Below, one piece after another: positions 19,855 to 29,697 of a stretch of 64,000 bases of DNA. The stretch comes from Planctomycetota bacterium (GTDB lineage: Bacteria > Planctomycetota > UBA1135 > UBA2386). The notes under the pieces are model-generated. The model was given only the letters and a program-made list of their open reading frames with translations, did no database searches and was not told where the DNA came from. Made by a program: the position numbers and the translations under genes. The stretch is from positions 4,005-68,004 of the forward strand of contig JACRLW010000056.1 in NCBI GenBank assembly GCA_016235155.1. Reading direction: 5' to 3'. The stretch's first letter is position 1; every line of letters starts with the position of its first letter.

Positions 19855-21576
19855 TCAGAGTCCGATCCTGACGTTCATGCCCTGCGTGAGCGAGATCGGC
19901 AGAGTCGCCGCGATGCTCAGGTCGATCTGCAGGGCCTGGAACGCCAGCTCGGCGCCGCAGAGCGTGCGGTCGTTCGGCACGTTCATGCTGAGCGAGCCGA
20001 GGCCACCCGGATCGGTCGGCACGCCGACGTAGTCGAGGATGAACAGGTAGAGCTCGGAGCCCGGCTGGGCGCCCGCGCCGACGAGGCTCACCGGCGGGGT
20101 GCGGAGGCCGATCAGCACGACGCCGGTGTTGCTCGGGATCATGTTCCCGATGTCGACCTGGCCGGCGAAGCCGAGCGCGAAGATCGCACCTTGGTCGATC
20201 GACGGGATGCCGAACGCGCCCGGGACGCCGTGGCCGTACCAGTGCGCCCATGCCCGGGAACAGGTCTCCACGCGGACGTCGTCGAGCGTGACCGGTCGGA
20301 GCGTGGCGTTCGCCGTCACGAGCTCGCGATAGCCGACGTACACCGAGCCGTAGCCCGGCGTGATGGTCTGCGTGTAGAGCGTGCCGTCGGGGTTGCCGAC
20401 CGTGCCGCCGAAACGTGCTTCCAGCGTCGTGTCGCTGACCGAGATCATCAGGCGCCGCCAGCCGTCGTTGGTCCCCGTGCTGATCGGGATCGTCGCGAGG
20501 ATCGTCGGGCCGTTCTGCGCGCCCACGCCCCATCCGCCGTTGTTGTGGTCGATCAGGTAGAGGTTGGCGACGCCGCCGTTGAGCGCCTCGTAGGTCCAGG
20601 AGAAACCGACGTTGCCGTTGGCGATGAAGCCGGCGCCGAGGACGCCCGACGGGTCGGGGATGTTGTAGACGCCGTTGGAAGTCCCGTTGATGCCGATGCT
20701 CCAGGTCTCGGTCTGAGCGGCGACGACGACCGGCGACGGCGCGAGGTAGACCCAGGCGTCGAACGAGCACTCGATGCCCGGGCTGCCGAGCCAGGCGGTG
20801 TAGTTCCCGCCGCCGGTCTCGTCCCAGAAGATCGCGGCGTTGCCGCCCTGCGGCGACGCGGGGATCGCGTTCGGGTTGAGGTTGTTCAGGCCGACGAGCG
20901 GTCCGACGACCGTGGGATCGATCGACCGGGCGTTCTTGAAGTTGCCGGCCCATCCGGGCACCGCAGTGCCGACCGCGACCGAGTCGTAGGCGTCGCCGTA
21001 GGTGTTGCCGCCGACGTTGTTGCTCGCGCCCGGGGTCCAAGGCCGGTGGAGGAAGTCCAAGCCGTTGTCACCGGTGTCCCAGCCGTCGACGACGCGGCTC
21101 AGACTCAGGGCGTTGGCACTCGCGTCGGTCATCTGGTGGTTGTCCCAGATGCCTTCGCCCTCGGCGAGGCCGGGAGCGAAGGCGATCCCCTTGTTGGCCT
21201 CGTAGATCAGCGAGTCGACCACGACGCTCGACGGGTCGAGCAGCGCGAGCGACTCGTTGTCGTTCTCGAGCGTGTTCACCGCGATGACCTGGTTCACGTT
21301 CGGCACGAGCGCGTTGCCGATCACGTAGTAGCCGCCCGACTCCAGCATCACGGAGTTGAGCGCGAGGGAGAAGTTGGGTCCGGACGGATCGCTGCTCGTC
21401 AGTCGCCAGCCGGTGAGGTCGACGGCGGTCTTGCCGGCGTTGTGGATCTCGACGAACTCGAACTTGTCGGTGCTCGAGTCGTCGTACGAGAACTCGTTGA
21501 TCACGAGACTCGGGGCGACTCCCGAGGGTCCTTGCGGCACGAAGGCGGCGGCGAGGACGAAGGCGGTGAAGAACAT
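19855..21576 (-). CDS. Secreted lamin-tail-domain (LTD) protein with shared C-terminal module
   Basis: ORF 19855..21576. Signal-like MFFTAFVLAAAFVPQG. LTD signature 'LVINEFSYDDSSTDKFEFVEIHNAGKTAVDLTGWRL..LESGGYYVIGN'. Confidence 0.75.
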   Translation of the reverse strand: MFFTAFVLAAAFVPQGPSGVAPSLVINEFSYDDSSTDKFEFVEIHNAGKTAVDLTGWRLTSSDPSGPNFSLALNSVMLESGGYYVIGNALVPNVNQVIAVNTLENDNESLALLDPSSVVVDSLIYEANKGIAFAPGLAEGEGIWDNHQMTDASANALSLSRVVDGWDTGDNGLDFLHRPWTPGASNNVGGNTYGDAYDSVAVGTAVPGWAGNFKNARSIDPTVVGPLVGLNNLNPNAIPASPQGGNAAIFWDETGGGNYTAWLGSPGIECSFDAWVYLAPSPVVVAAQTETWSIGINGTSNGVYNIPDPSGVLGAGFIANGNVGFSWTYEALNGGVANLYLIDHNNGGWGVGAQNGPTILATIPISTGTNDGWRRLMISVSDTTLEARFGGTVGNPDGTLYTQTITPGYGSVYVGYRELVTANATLRPVTLDDVRVETCSRAWAHWYGHGVPGAFGIPSIDQGAIFALGFAGQVDIGNMIPSNTGVVLIGLRTPPVSLVGAGAQPGSELYLFILDYVGVPTDPGGLGSLSMNVPNDRTLCGAELAFQALQIDLSIAATLPISLTQGMNVRIGL

Positions 21577-21768
21577 CGCGGAATGGATCTCGAAGAGTGG
21601 AGACGGTGCAGGGACGGAGACGACCGTCCACCGGGGGGCAGCGGCGGAGGATCGTACCGATGCCTGACTCCACGCTTGTGCCGCATTCGTGCCGGTCGCG
21701 CATCGCGCAACGCATGCCGGTCCGGCGCGAGCGGCATGCGGGGCGACGCATGCAGCGGTCGACCGGGA

Positions 21769-22851
21769 TCAACGCGAACGCGAGTCGCTGCGGGTCGCGC
21801 ATGCATCGAGCACGCGCTCGCACGCGTCGGCAAGGCGCGCGACGGTGATCGAGTCGTTGGCAGCGTCGCTTCGGTACGAGCAGTAGTCCGGCGACGTGCT
21901 CACGACCTTCTCGCCGAGGCCGAACACGTCGATCTCCGCGGCGGAGGTCGGCGCGAAGAACGCGACGACCGGCACGCGCCGCGCGATCGCGACATGCAGC
22001 CCGAGGCTGTCGGAGGTGACGAGCAGGTCGCAACCTGAGACCAGCGCCGCGAACTCGAGGATCGGATTCGCGACGCCGGTGTCGACGAGGTCGGCGCGCG
22101 GCGCGAGGTCGCGGATCTGCCGGACGATCGCCGCGTTGCGTTCGACCTCCTCGGCGCCGCCGAAGAGGACGAACGCGACCGCACCGGCACGGCGGCGCTG
22201 GAGTTCGACGACGAGTTCCGCGCAACGCTCGGGCGGGATCGCCTTCGTCGGCCAACGCTCGCCGGCGCCGGTGTTGAGCCCGAGGATCGGACCGCGCACG
22301 CGTCGGGCCGCGGCGTCGAGACGGACTGCCGCGGCGGCGAGCGCTGTGGGTGCGAGCGGGAGTTCGGGCCGACCCGGGCGTACCCCGAGCATCGTCGCGA
22401 AGATCTCGCCGTGCGATCTCGTGTTCGCGCGCTTGCGCGCGTCGGCCGCGGCCTTGCCGTCGCGCGCGAGCAGACCCATGCCGAACCACGCTTCGACGTC
22501 GTCGGTGTAGATGCGCCGACCGATGTCGTCGACGAACGCGCCGCTGCGCGCGCGGGCGGGGATGCGCGACGCGAATCGCGCGACGAGTTCTTCGTCGTCG
22601 AGCGACACGAGCAGGTCCCAGGTCTGACGACCGAGTCGCTCGGCCGCCGCATCGAGGGACGAAGGATCGTCCGGGTCGACGGCTTGCACGCCTTCGACCG
22701 CCGGATGCGCCGCGACCAGCGGCTCGGCGCCGCGCGCGGTGACCCAGGTGATCCGCGCGTCGCGATGGCGCTCGACGAGACCGGGCAGGATCGAGGTCGT
22801 GCGCAGGACGTCGCCGAGCGCGGCGGTCTTGACGATCAGGATCCGGGTCAT
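21769..22851 (-). CDS. Glycosyltransferase family 9 (LPS heptosyltransferase-like)
   Basis: ORF 21769..22851. 'MTRILIVKTAALGDVLRTTSILPGL', 'LGLNTGAGERWPTKAIPPE', 'LVTSDSLGLHVAIA'. Confidence 0.8.
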   Translation of the reverse strand: MTRILIVKTAALGDVLRTTSILPGLVERHRDARITWVTARGAEPLVAAHPAVEGVQAVDPDDPSSLDAAAERLGRQTWDLLVSLDDEELVARFASRIPARARSGAFVDDIGRRIYTDDVEAWFGMGLLARDGKAAADARKRANTRSHGEIFATMLGVRPGRPELPLAPTALAAAAVRLDAAARRVRGPILGLNTGAGERWPTKAIPPERCAELVVELQRRRAGAVAFVLFGGAEEVERNAAIVRQIRDLAPRADLVDTGVANPILEFAALVSGCDLLVTSDSLGLHVAIARRVPVVAFFAPTSAAEIDVFGLGEKVVSTSPDYCSYRSDAANDSITVARLADACERVLDACATRSDSRSR

Positions 22852-23975
22852 CGGGTGGCGTGCGCGCCCGCGACGCTGCGCGCGCGCGCGACGAGGTGTT
22901 CGAACAGCTCCTCGGTGGTCCGCACCATCCGCTCGGCGGTGAAGCGGTCTTTCACACGGCGCCGGCCGGCCTGGCCCGCCGCACGCCGCAGGCGTTCATC
23001 GGCAAGCAACCGCGCGATCCTGTCCGCGAAGGCGGCGGTGTCGCCGGGCGGGACGACGAAGCCCGACTCACCGTCGGCGACGATCTCCGGCAGCCCGCCG
23101 GCGGAGGAGACGACCTGCGGCAGCCCGGCCGCCGCGGCTTCGAGGCAGGCGTTCGTCAGGCCCTCGTGCCACGAGGCCATCGCGAAGACGTCGCACGCGG
23201 CGCAGACGTCCTGGATCGGACGGACCGGCCCCGGCAGGCGGACCCGCTTCGCGATGCCCCGTGCCCGGGCATGCGCACGCAACCCGGCGAGGTCGGTGCC
23301 CCCGCCGGCCAGGAGGAGCACGAGGTTCTCGAAGCGGTCCGCGAGCGCGTCGAGCGCGTCGATCAACGTGCGCTGGCCCTTGCGCGGGCGCAGCGTCGCC
23401 GCGCACGCGACGACCATCGCATCGGGGGCGATCGCGAACCGCAGCCTCGCCGCAGCGCGGCGCGCGGTGACGTCGCGGAATGGCGCCGGATCGATTCCTT
23501 CGTGCACGAGCGACACCCGCTCTCTCGGCACGCCCGAGTCGACGACACGGCGGACGACCGCCTGGCAGTTGCCGATCACATGGTCGACGAGCCAGCGATA
23601 GCGTCCGCCGGCCCAGGGCCAGCGACCGATCGCGTAGTCGATGCGGCGCGTCGTGACCTTGGCGACGTTGCGCGTGCCGCGCAGCGCGAGCCCGCCCCAC
23701 AAGAGGGAGCGACCGCAACCGAAGTGCACGAGGTCGGGCTGCGCGGCTCGAAACGCATTGCGGAGATCGGCCATGCCGCGGTGCCGGAGCGGCCGGCGCA
23801 GGTCGACGTCGTACAGCGGCAACGACAGCTCGGCCGCGAGCGCCGCGAAGCGCGCACCGGGGACGAGCGCGAGCTCGTTGAGGTGACCGTTCGCCTGCAA
23901 GTGGCGGACGACGAGCGCGAGTTGTTCCTCACCGCCCGACCAGCCGGTCTCCGCCAGGACGTGCAGGATGCGCAC
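22848..23975 (-). CDS. Glycosyltransferase family 4
   Basis: ORF 22848..23975. 'MRILHVLAETGWSGGEEQ', 'SWHEGLTNACLEAAAAGLPQVVSSAGGLPEIV.DGESGFVV'. 4-nt overlap with the downstream GT9 gene. Confidence 0.8.
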   Translation of the reverse strand: MRILHVLAETGWSGGEEQLALVVRHLQANGHLNELALVPGARFAALAAELSLPLYDVDLRRPLRHRGMADLRNAFRAAQPDLVHFGCGRSLLWGGLALRGTRNVAKVTTRRIDYAIGRWPWAGGRYRWLVDHVIGNCQAVVRRVVDSGVPRERVSLVHEGIDPAPFRDVTARRAAARLRFAIAPDAMVVACAATLRPRKGQRTLIDALDALADRFENLVLLLAGGGTDLAGLRAHARARGIAKRVRLPGPVRPIQDVCAACDVFAMASWHEGLTNACLEAAAAGLPQVVSSAGGLPEIVADGESGFVVPPGDTAAFADRIARLLADERLRRAAGQAGRRRVKDRFTAERMVRTTEELFEHLVARARSVAGAHATR

Positions 23976-23978
23976 GAT

Positions 23979-25100
23979 TCACTCCGCTTGCTTCGCGGCG
24001 CCCGAGCCGCGCAAGCGGGCCGCAAGGTCGTGCGCGAGCAGTTCGCCGCGCGTCTTGTGCGGTGCGAGCACGCCGAGGATGTTCGCGATGCGGTGACGGA
24101 ACTGGTGCTCGCGATGGACCAGATCGCAACCGCGACGCGCGATGCGATCGCGCTCGTCGTCGAGGTGGAGGTACTGATCGATGCGGGCGAGGCAGTCGTC
24201 GACGTCGTGGAACCACGCGAGGTGCTCGCCGTCGCCGAACAGCGTCTCGAGCTTCGGCACGTAGTGCGTGAGGTGGAAGCCGCGGCAGGCCAACGTGAAC
24301 AGCGTGCGGTTGCTGAAGTACAGCGGGTCGTCGTTGATCTGGTTGATGCCGAGCACGATGCGGGTCGTCGCGCAGATCTCTTGGTACTGCCGCGGACCCA
24401 CCGGGCCGCGGACGTCCAGCACGGGGTAGTGCCGCCGCCACGACTCCCAACCCTTGCCGAAGATCTCGAGCGGGTGTCGCTGCGCGATCGCGGCGAGGAA
24501 GTGCGCGCGCAGGCCGTCGCGCCCCGGTCCGCCGATGAACGCGAGGTTGCGCTTCAGCGGTCGATCCGCGGTCAGCGGGCGGTGCCAGGTCGGCGAGAAG
24601 CCCTCGAGCGTGAAGCCGACGTGGCGGATGCCGTGGTCGAACAGCCACGGGATGCGCGCGGGGTTCGTCATGAACACCGCGTGGACCTGGCGCATGTACT
24701 CCGCGTAGCCCTCGTCGACGCGCTCGATCGGTTCCTCGATCCACATCACGACCGGCACGCGCGGCGCGATGCGCTCGAGCAAGGGCCGCGGCAGGTCGCG
24801 GCAGAACACGAACACGAGATCCGGCGCGAAGCGTTCGAAGATCCGCGTGACGCGGCGCAGCGCGAGCGTGCGTCCGAGCCATTGCCGCTGCTTCGCGACG
24901 TTCACCCAACGCACGTCGAGTCCGGCGCCGAGCAGTGCCTCGACCAGCCCCGCGGTCGCCTTGGTCCTCGACATGCTCTTGCCGAAGAACAGGACCCGGC
25001 GCGGCGGCCGGGACAGCGGAGCGATGATCGCCTGGCGTCGATCGAGGGGCGCCACGAGCGCGGCGCTGCCGTCGACGGGATTGCTGAACTCAGGATGCAT
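23979..25100 (-). CDS. CgeB-like glycosyltransferase (Glyco_trans_1_2-type C-terminus)
   Basis: ORF 23979..25100. C-terminal 'NRTLFTLACRGFHLTHYVPKLETLFGDGEHLAWFHDVDDCLARIDQYLHLDDERDRIARRG..VHREHQFRHRI' matches the CgeB/DUF3880-type pattern. Confidence 0.65.
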   Translation of the reverse strand: MHPEFSNPVDGSAALVAPLDRRQAIIAPLSRPPRRVLFFGKSMSRTKATAGLVEALLGAGLDVRWVNVAKQRQWLGRTLALRRVTRIFERFAPDLVFVFCRDLPRPLLERIAPRVPVVMWIEEPIERVDEGYAEYMRQVHAVFMTNPARIPWLFDHGIRHVGFTLEGFSPTWHRPLTADRPLKRNLAFIGGPGRDGLRAHFLAAIAQRHPLEIFGKGWESWRRHYPVLDVRGPVGPRQYQEICATTRIVLGINQINDDPLYFSNRTLFTLACRGFHLTHYVPKLETLFGDGEHLAWFHDVDDCLARIDQYLHLDDERDRIARRGCDLVHREHQFRHRIANILGVLAPHKTRGELLAHDLAARLRGSGAAKQAE

Positions 25101-25112
25101 GAAGCGGCCGAT

Positions 25113-26189
25113 TCACGACGCTCCGACGGTCGAACCGGCCGCCCGAGTGGAGTCCGCGATCGCGCAAGACCCGGGAGTCACCCGCAACCGCCGCCACCGC
25201 CGATGGCCCTCGAGCAGTTCCGTCCGCCGGCGATCGGCGACGTTCACGTCGCTCGTGGCGGGAATATAGAGGCGGTGGCGACCGCCGAGCCACCGCGGAG
25301 ACGCGGTGAGCATCGCGAAGGCAGGCATGGCGCCGTCGAGGATCTCGCATGCGCGGTCGCCGAGCCAGAGGCGACGAAGTTCTCGCCCGCCTTCGCCGGC
25401 GAGCCGCAGTTCGCCGGCGTTCCGCCGCCGGTGGATCGAGCCGAAGGGACTGCGCCGGCTCTCGAACTCGGTGCTCGTCGACCAGCAGCGACGGATGCGC
25501 CGATCGAGTTCGGCGACGAGCAGGCGATGCGCCGCCGCGCGGACCGCCTCGAGCTCGCGAGCCGGCACGAGTCCCGAGGCGGCGAGCGGCAGAAGGTCCC
25601 CGTCGACTGCCTCGGCGGCGAGTTTGCGCGCCATGGCGAAGCGATCGCGCGGGCCGAGCGCGTCGCCCCGGATGCGCGCCGACTGCAGGTCGAGCAGGGC
25701 GAGGCGGCCGTCCGCGAGCCGCGGCAGGTTCCGGAGGTGGAGGTCGGGGTGGAAGAGACCGGCTCGCGCGATCCGGACCGCGATCTCCGCCCCTTCGGCG
25801 AGGGTCGCGCGCGGGCCGTCGTCGAGGAGCGGCAAGGCGCGGGTCACGAGCAGCGACATGCGTGGCAGGCCGTACCGGCGCGATCCGGTCGCCGCGAGAA
25901 CCTCCGGCACCGGGACGTCCGGTACGGCCCGCCGCGCGAACGCGAGAACACTTGCCTCGTGCGCCGCGGGAAGGGCGCGGACCGCGTAACGGACCCGGTC
26001 CTTGCCGCGCGGGAACGACATCAGCTTGAGATACGCGCCGCCGTCGCCGGGAAGCTCGCCGCAGCCGACGATCCGGACGAGACGTGCCTGGACGACCCGG
26101 ACGCCGTCCGGCAGGCGGCTCGGGTCGCGCGCGCAGGCAACGATCCACGCGTCGAGGACCTGCCGCGCGGTCGGGGACAGCCCGCTCAT
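25113..26189 (-). CDS. Lipopolysaccharide kinase (Kdo/WaaP/InaA) family protein
   Basis: Last 358 codons of ORF 25113..26966. Start at MSGLSPTARQVLDAW (ATG 26187-26189, ATGA overlap with the upstream stop). 'GGAYLKLMSF..', 'SLLVTRALP', 'LFHPDLHLRNL', 'LALLDLQS'. Confidence 0.7.
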   Translation of the reverse strand: MSGLSPTARQVLDAWIVACARDPSRLPDGVRVVQARLVRIVGCGELPGDGGAYLKLMSFPRGKDRVRYAVRALPAAHEASVLAFARRAVPDVPVPEVLAATGSRRYGLPRMSLLVTRALPLLDDGPRATLAEGAEIAVRIARAGLFHPDLHLRNLPRLADGRLALLDLQSARIRGDALGPRDRFAMARKLAAEAVDGDLLPLAASGLVPARELEAVRAAAHRLLVAELDRRIRRCWSTSTEFESRRSPFGSIHRRRNAGELRLAGEGGRELRRLWLGDRACEILDGAMPAFAMLTASPRWLGGRHRLYIPATSDVNVADRRRTELLEGHRRWRRLRVTPGSCAIADSTRAAGSTVGAS

Positions 26190-27376
26190 CCTTCCCCTCC
26201 GGCGCACCCGCCCCGCAGCCGGCCGGCGAACTGGAGGAGTCGCAGCGCGGCGCGGCGCGGATCGGCCGGACCCGCCGCGCGCGCCTTGCCGGCCCGACCG
26301 AGTCGCGCGCGGAGTTCGGCGTCGCCGGCGAGACGGAGGAGGGCGCCGGCAAGCGCCGCGGGGTCCTCGGCGGCGACGAGGCCGCATTCGCCGAGCGCCG
26401 CGAGTTCCGGATGCGGGCCGAGCAGGTGGGGAACGAGGCCGCGGCCGGTCCCGACCGCGGGGATGCCGAGCGCGGTCGCTTCGCGCAGCGCGCGGCAGGT
26501 GCCGTCGCTGCCCGGGACCAGGAACAGGAACGCGTCGAACGAACGCAGGGCGAGGCCGTACTCCGGCTCGTAGAGGTAGCCGGGCAGCACGACGTGCCGC
26601 TCGAGTCCGAGCCGCCGGATCGGTTGGTTCACGAGGCGCTCGGTGTCCGTCGCGTTGCCGCGGCCGAGCAGCACGAAGCGCACGCGGGGCTCGCGCTGCA
26701 CGAGGAGCGCGAGCGTGTCCCAGCACAGCTCGAAACGGCGATGCGGCTGGATGCGCGCGGTGATCCCGACGACGAAGTCGTCGCGCGCGAGTCCGAGCGG
26801 ACCACGGAGATCGCCCGGATAGCGGTCGCGGAAGGACTCGGTCGGCGGATCCTGGACGAGGACGTGATCTTGGGGGACGCCGAGGCGGGCGATCAGTTGC
26901 TCCCCCACCGCCCGCGACGGAACGACCACGCCGTCGGTCGCTCCGAACGCGAGCCAGGTGCGCCAACCGCGGCGCGGCGCGACGGCGTCGTACACGCTGC
27001 GGATCAGGATCGGTCGCCGATCAACGAGTCCGCGCAGCGCGAGCGCCGCGATGAGGTGATCGCCGAGCAAGTGCGCGTGCACGACGTCGAACGGGTCGCG
27101 CCGGAGCCGGGACGCGAGTTGCTTGCCGTCGCGCAGCACGCTTCGGGGACGGAAGTGCTTGCGCAGTTCGAGACCGGCGACGACCGGCACGCGCGCGTTC
27201 CACAGCTCGCGCGCCATCCGATGCTCGGCGCCTGGGAGCGTCCATTGCGCCTGCGCGAAGGCGACTTCCGCGCCGCAGCGTTCCTGCCAGCAAGCGCAGC
27301 GGATCGCGGGATCGGCCGGGCCCGTCCACTTGTAGTTGGCGAAGAGATGCAGCACGCGCAGCGCGGGGGCCGTCAT
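26186..27376 (-). CDS. Glycosyltransferase family 4
   Basis: Last 396 codons of ORF 26186..28123. Start at MTAPALRVLHLFANYKWTGPADP (ATG 27374-27376). 'FLFLVPGSDGTCRALREATALGIPAVGTGRG'. Confidence 0.75.
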   Translation of the reverse strand: MTAPALRVLHLFANYKWTGPADPAIRCACWQERCGAEVAFAQAQWTLPGAEHRMARELWNARVPVVAGLELRKHFRPRSVLRDGKQLASRLRRDPFDVVHAHLLGDHLIAALALRGLVDRRPILIRSVYDAVAPRRGWRTWLAFGATDGVVVPSRAVGEQLIARLGVPQDHVLVQDPPTESFRDRYPGDLRGPLGLARDDFVVGITARIQPHRRFELCWDTLALLVQREPRVRFVLLGRGNATDTERLVNQPIRRLGLERHVVLPGYLYEPEYGLALRSFDAFLFLVPGSDGTCRALREATALGIPAVGTGRGLVPHLLGPHPELAALGECGLVAAEDPAALAGALLRLAGDAELRARLGRAGKARAAGPADPRRAALRLLQFAGRLRGGCAGGEG

Positions 27377-28158
27377 GACGCGCCTCCGCGTCGCTTGAGC
27401 CGCAAGGCGCGCCGGTACTTGAGAAGGTCGTACCGGAACGCCATCGCCGCGATCAGCACGCCGCGCCAACCGTCGACGAAGCCGAGCTTGAGGAAGAGGC
27501 TCTTGAGGAACACCGCCGGCGGACGGATGACGACGTCGATCCAACCGACGCGGCGACCGGACGCGACGACGTTGCGCGCCGCCTCCGTCGCGTAGCGATC
27601 GATCGTGTCGGCGTGAGCTCGGAAGCTGCGGTAGTTCAGGTGCTCGACCGGCGCGTCGATCAGACCGGGAGCGCTGCCGTCGGTGAGTTCGATCGCGTCG
27701 TGCGGATCGACTCCGCCGACGCGCGCGAAGCGCCGGTCGACCAGGCGCAGCTTCCGGTCGGGCCACCACAGACCGCGACGGATGACCCGTCCGAGGTAGT
27801 GATTGCGCCGCGGGAACTCGTAGCCGCGCGCCGTGAAGCCCTCGCGAAGCAACCCGACGATGCGCGCGCGCAGTTCGTCGGTGACGCGTTCGTCGGCGTC
27901 GAGCAGGAGCACCCAGTCGTGGCGCGCCAGGTCGAGCGCGGCCTGGCGCTGCGCGCGGAAGCCGGGGAACGGACTGCGCACGACGACCTCGGCGCCGAGT
28001 CGCGCTGCGCACTCCTGCGTGCCGTCCGTGCTCCCGCTGTCGACGACGATCACCTGCTCGCAGAAGGACGCCGAGCGGATGCAGTCGGCGATCCGATCGA
28101 TCTCCTGGAAGGCGAGGATGCACGCGGACACGGGCACGCGCGTGCGTTCATCCGTCAC
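27373..28158 (-). CDS. Glycosyltransferase family 2 (LPS core type)
   Basis: ORF 27373..28158 (GTG start). 'VSACILAFQEIDRIADCI..VIVVDSGSTDGT', 'WVLLLDADERV', C-terminal amphipathic/TM region. Confidence 0.8.
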   Translation of the reverse strand: MTDERTRVPVSACILAFQEIDRIADCIRSASFCEQVIVVDSGSTDGTQECAARLGAEVVVRSPFPGFRAQRQAALDLARHDWVLLLDADERVTDELRARIVGLLREGFTARGYEFPRRNHYLGRVIRRGLWWPDRKLRLVDRRFARVGGVDPHDAIELTDGSAPGLIDAPVEHLNYRSFRAHADTIDRYATEAARNVVASGRRVGWIDVVIRPPAVFLKSLFLKLGFVDGWRGVLIAAMAFRYDLLKYRRALRLKRRGGAS

Positions 28159-28519
28159 GATCGCCCTCCCCGGCGACGGCGGCGCCGCGTCCCGGGCGTC
28201 CCGCGGAAAGGTCGCGCATCGCGCGGGACATCGCGCGCTTCGCCGTCACCGCCGCGCCGCGCACCTGTGCGAGGCGCTCTTGCCACTCGTGCAGCCGGCC
28301 GTCCTGCTCGACGGCGCGCGTCGCCGCTTCGAGCACCTTGTCGCGTTCGGCCGCGTCGACCTTCACGTGGCGGTCGAGGAGGTACTGGTTGCCGTAGGCG
28401 AGGATCTTGACCCAGCGCAGTTCGGCGAGGACCTCGTCGAGGAGTTCAGCCAACGTCAGCTCCGCCTCGGTGAGGCCGAGCGCGTTCGCGGTCTTCTTGC
28501 GCTTGCGGAGCGAGGTCAC
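28148..28519 (-). CDS. Hypothetical 123-aa protein at head of the LPS-core-like operon
   Basis: Tail of ORF 28148..30649. Balanced composition starts at GTG 28517-28519 (VTSLRKRKKTANALGLTEAELTLAELLDEVLAELRWVKILAYGNQYLLDRHVKV..). Its end overlaps the GT2 start by 11 nt. No recognisable domain. Confidence 0.4.
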   Translation of the reverse strand: MTSLRKRKKTANALGLTEAELTLAELLDEVLAELRWVKILAYGNQYLLDRHVKVDAAERDKVLEAATRAVEQDGRLHEWQERLAQVRGAAVTAKRAMSRAMRDLSAGRPGRGAAVAGEGDRDG

Positions 28520-28628
28520 GGCGGCTCTGGCGGCGCATGATGGTCGCGTGCAGGTCCGATCGCAACGACGGCGGACCAGCACGGCGCGGCCTTCCGGCCG
28601 TTCCCGCACGCGACTATCGTGCGCCGCG

Positions 28629-29423
28629 ATGGACGGCGAACCGCAGGACCGGCGTCTCGACGCGATCGCGGAGCTGCTGGCTGTGCTCGCGCGCCTTCGC
28701 GCACCGGGCGGCTGCCCCTGGGATCGCGAACAGACGCCCGCGACCATGGCGCCGCACCTGCTCGAGGAATCGTTCGAGGCCGCCGACGCGATCCGTCGCG
28801 GCGACGACAAGGAGATGCGGGAGGAACTCGGCGACGTCCTGATGAACGTCCTGATGATCGCGCAGATGTCCGCGGAAGCCGGCCGCTTCGACGCCGGCGC
28901 CGTGGCGCGCGGCATCGCCGGAAAGCTCGTGCGCCGCCACCCCCACGTCTTCGGCGACGGGCAGGCATCCGACCCCAAGCAGGTCCTCCGCCGTTGGGAA
29001 GAGCTCAAGCGCGCCGAGCGGCCGGCGGGCGCGCGCAGCGCGCTCGAGGGCGTGCCCAACGCGCTCCCCGCGCTGCTCCGCGCCTTTCGGGTCGGCGAGA
29101 AGGCCGCCCGCGTCGGCTTCGACTGGCCCGACCGCACGGGGCCGCGGGCGAAGATCGACGAGGAACTCGCCGAGCTCGACGAAGCGGCGCGCGGCGGCGA
29201 TCCCGGCGAAGTCGCCTCGGAGCTCGGCGACCTGCTCTTCGCGGTCTGCAACCTCGCCCGCCATCTCGGCGTCGAACCGGAGACGGCGCTCCGCGGGACG
29301 ATCGACCGTTTCAGCGCGCGCTTCCGCCGCGTGGAGGCCGAGTTCGGCGAGAAGCTCGCCGGGGCCTCGCTCGAAGAGCTCGACGCGGCCTGGGAGCGCG
29401 CGAAGCGCAGCCTCGAATCGTGA
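28629..29423 (+). CDS. mazG: MazG nucleoside triphosphate pyrophosphohydrolase
   Basis: Last 264 codons of ORF 28407..29423, from MDGEPQDRRLDAIAELL. 'CPWDREQT', 'EESFEAADAI', 'EELGDVLMNVL', second MazG repeat 'EELAELDEA..ELGDLLFAVCNLARHLGV'. Confidence 0.85.
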   Translation: MDGEPQDRRLDAIAELLAVLARLRAPGGCPWDREQTPATMAPHLLEESFEAADAIRRGDDKEMREELGDVLMNVLMIAQMSAEAGRFDAGAVARGIAGKLVRRHPHVFGDGQASDPKQVLRRWEELKRAERPAGARSALEGVPNALPALLRAFRVGEKAARVGFDWPDRTGPRAKIDEELAELDEAARGGDPGEVASELGDLLFAVCNLARHLGVEPETALRGTIDRFSARFRRVEAEFGEKLAGASLEELDAAWERAKRSLES

Positions 29424-29661
29424 CGGCGTCGGTGGTCCGACGAGGGTACGGCGGGGCTCCGTCGTCTCGGCTCGTCCCGGCCCGGCCCGGCGCGTGACCG
29501 GAACCTGCGCATCCCGCATGGAACCCGCCTGGCATCGGACCTTCCGCGCCGCGCGCGGCCGTGAGCGGTCGTGAGCGGCGGGGCGGCACGCGATTCGCGA
29601 AGGCAGGCCCTGGTGGAAAGCAAGTCGTGGGTCCGCAAGGGCCCACGCGTGGCAGGGAACA

Positions 29662-29697
29662 ACCCGGAGGGGTGGTGGCCCCTCCGGGTTTTCTTTT
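29662..29697 (+). terminator. Intrinsic terminator T1 (plus-strand orientation)
   Basis: ACCCGGAGGGG-tggtgg-CCCCTCCGGGT (11-bp perfect stem) followed by TTTTCTTTT. Lies ~240 nt downstream of the mazG stop. Confidence 0.7.

Noticed and set aside
22860-26573. Very long ORFs such as 22860..26573(+), 38038..42387(+), 42484..45222(+), 44994..48581(-), 28148..30649(-, most of it), 53970..56618(-) and 49197..51974(-)
   Set aside because: All are antisense or out of frame relative to genes with strong family motifs (glycosyltransferases, RND pump, hydrolase/HEAT, CHAT-STAND, kinase). All have extreme Arg/Gly/Pro/Asp composition. I treated them as non-coding shadows.
28620-29461. Apparent 1-2 nt disagreements between my manual base counting and the ORF-track coordinates at line junctions near 28620, 29400 and 29460
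   Set aside because: The net offset is zero and all three fall at line breaks. The ORF track is internally consistent (three ORFs agree). I attribute this to my own reading or counting and used ORF-track arithmetic for coordinates. Manually derived positions (tRNAs, terminators, repeats) may be off by 1-2 nt.
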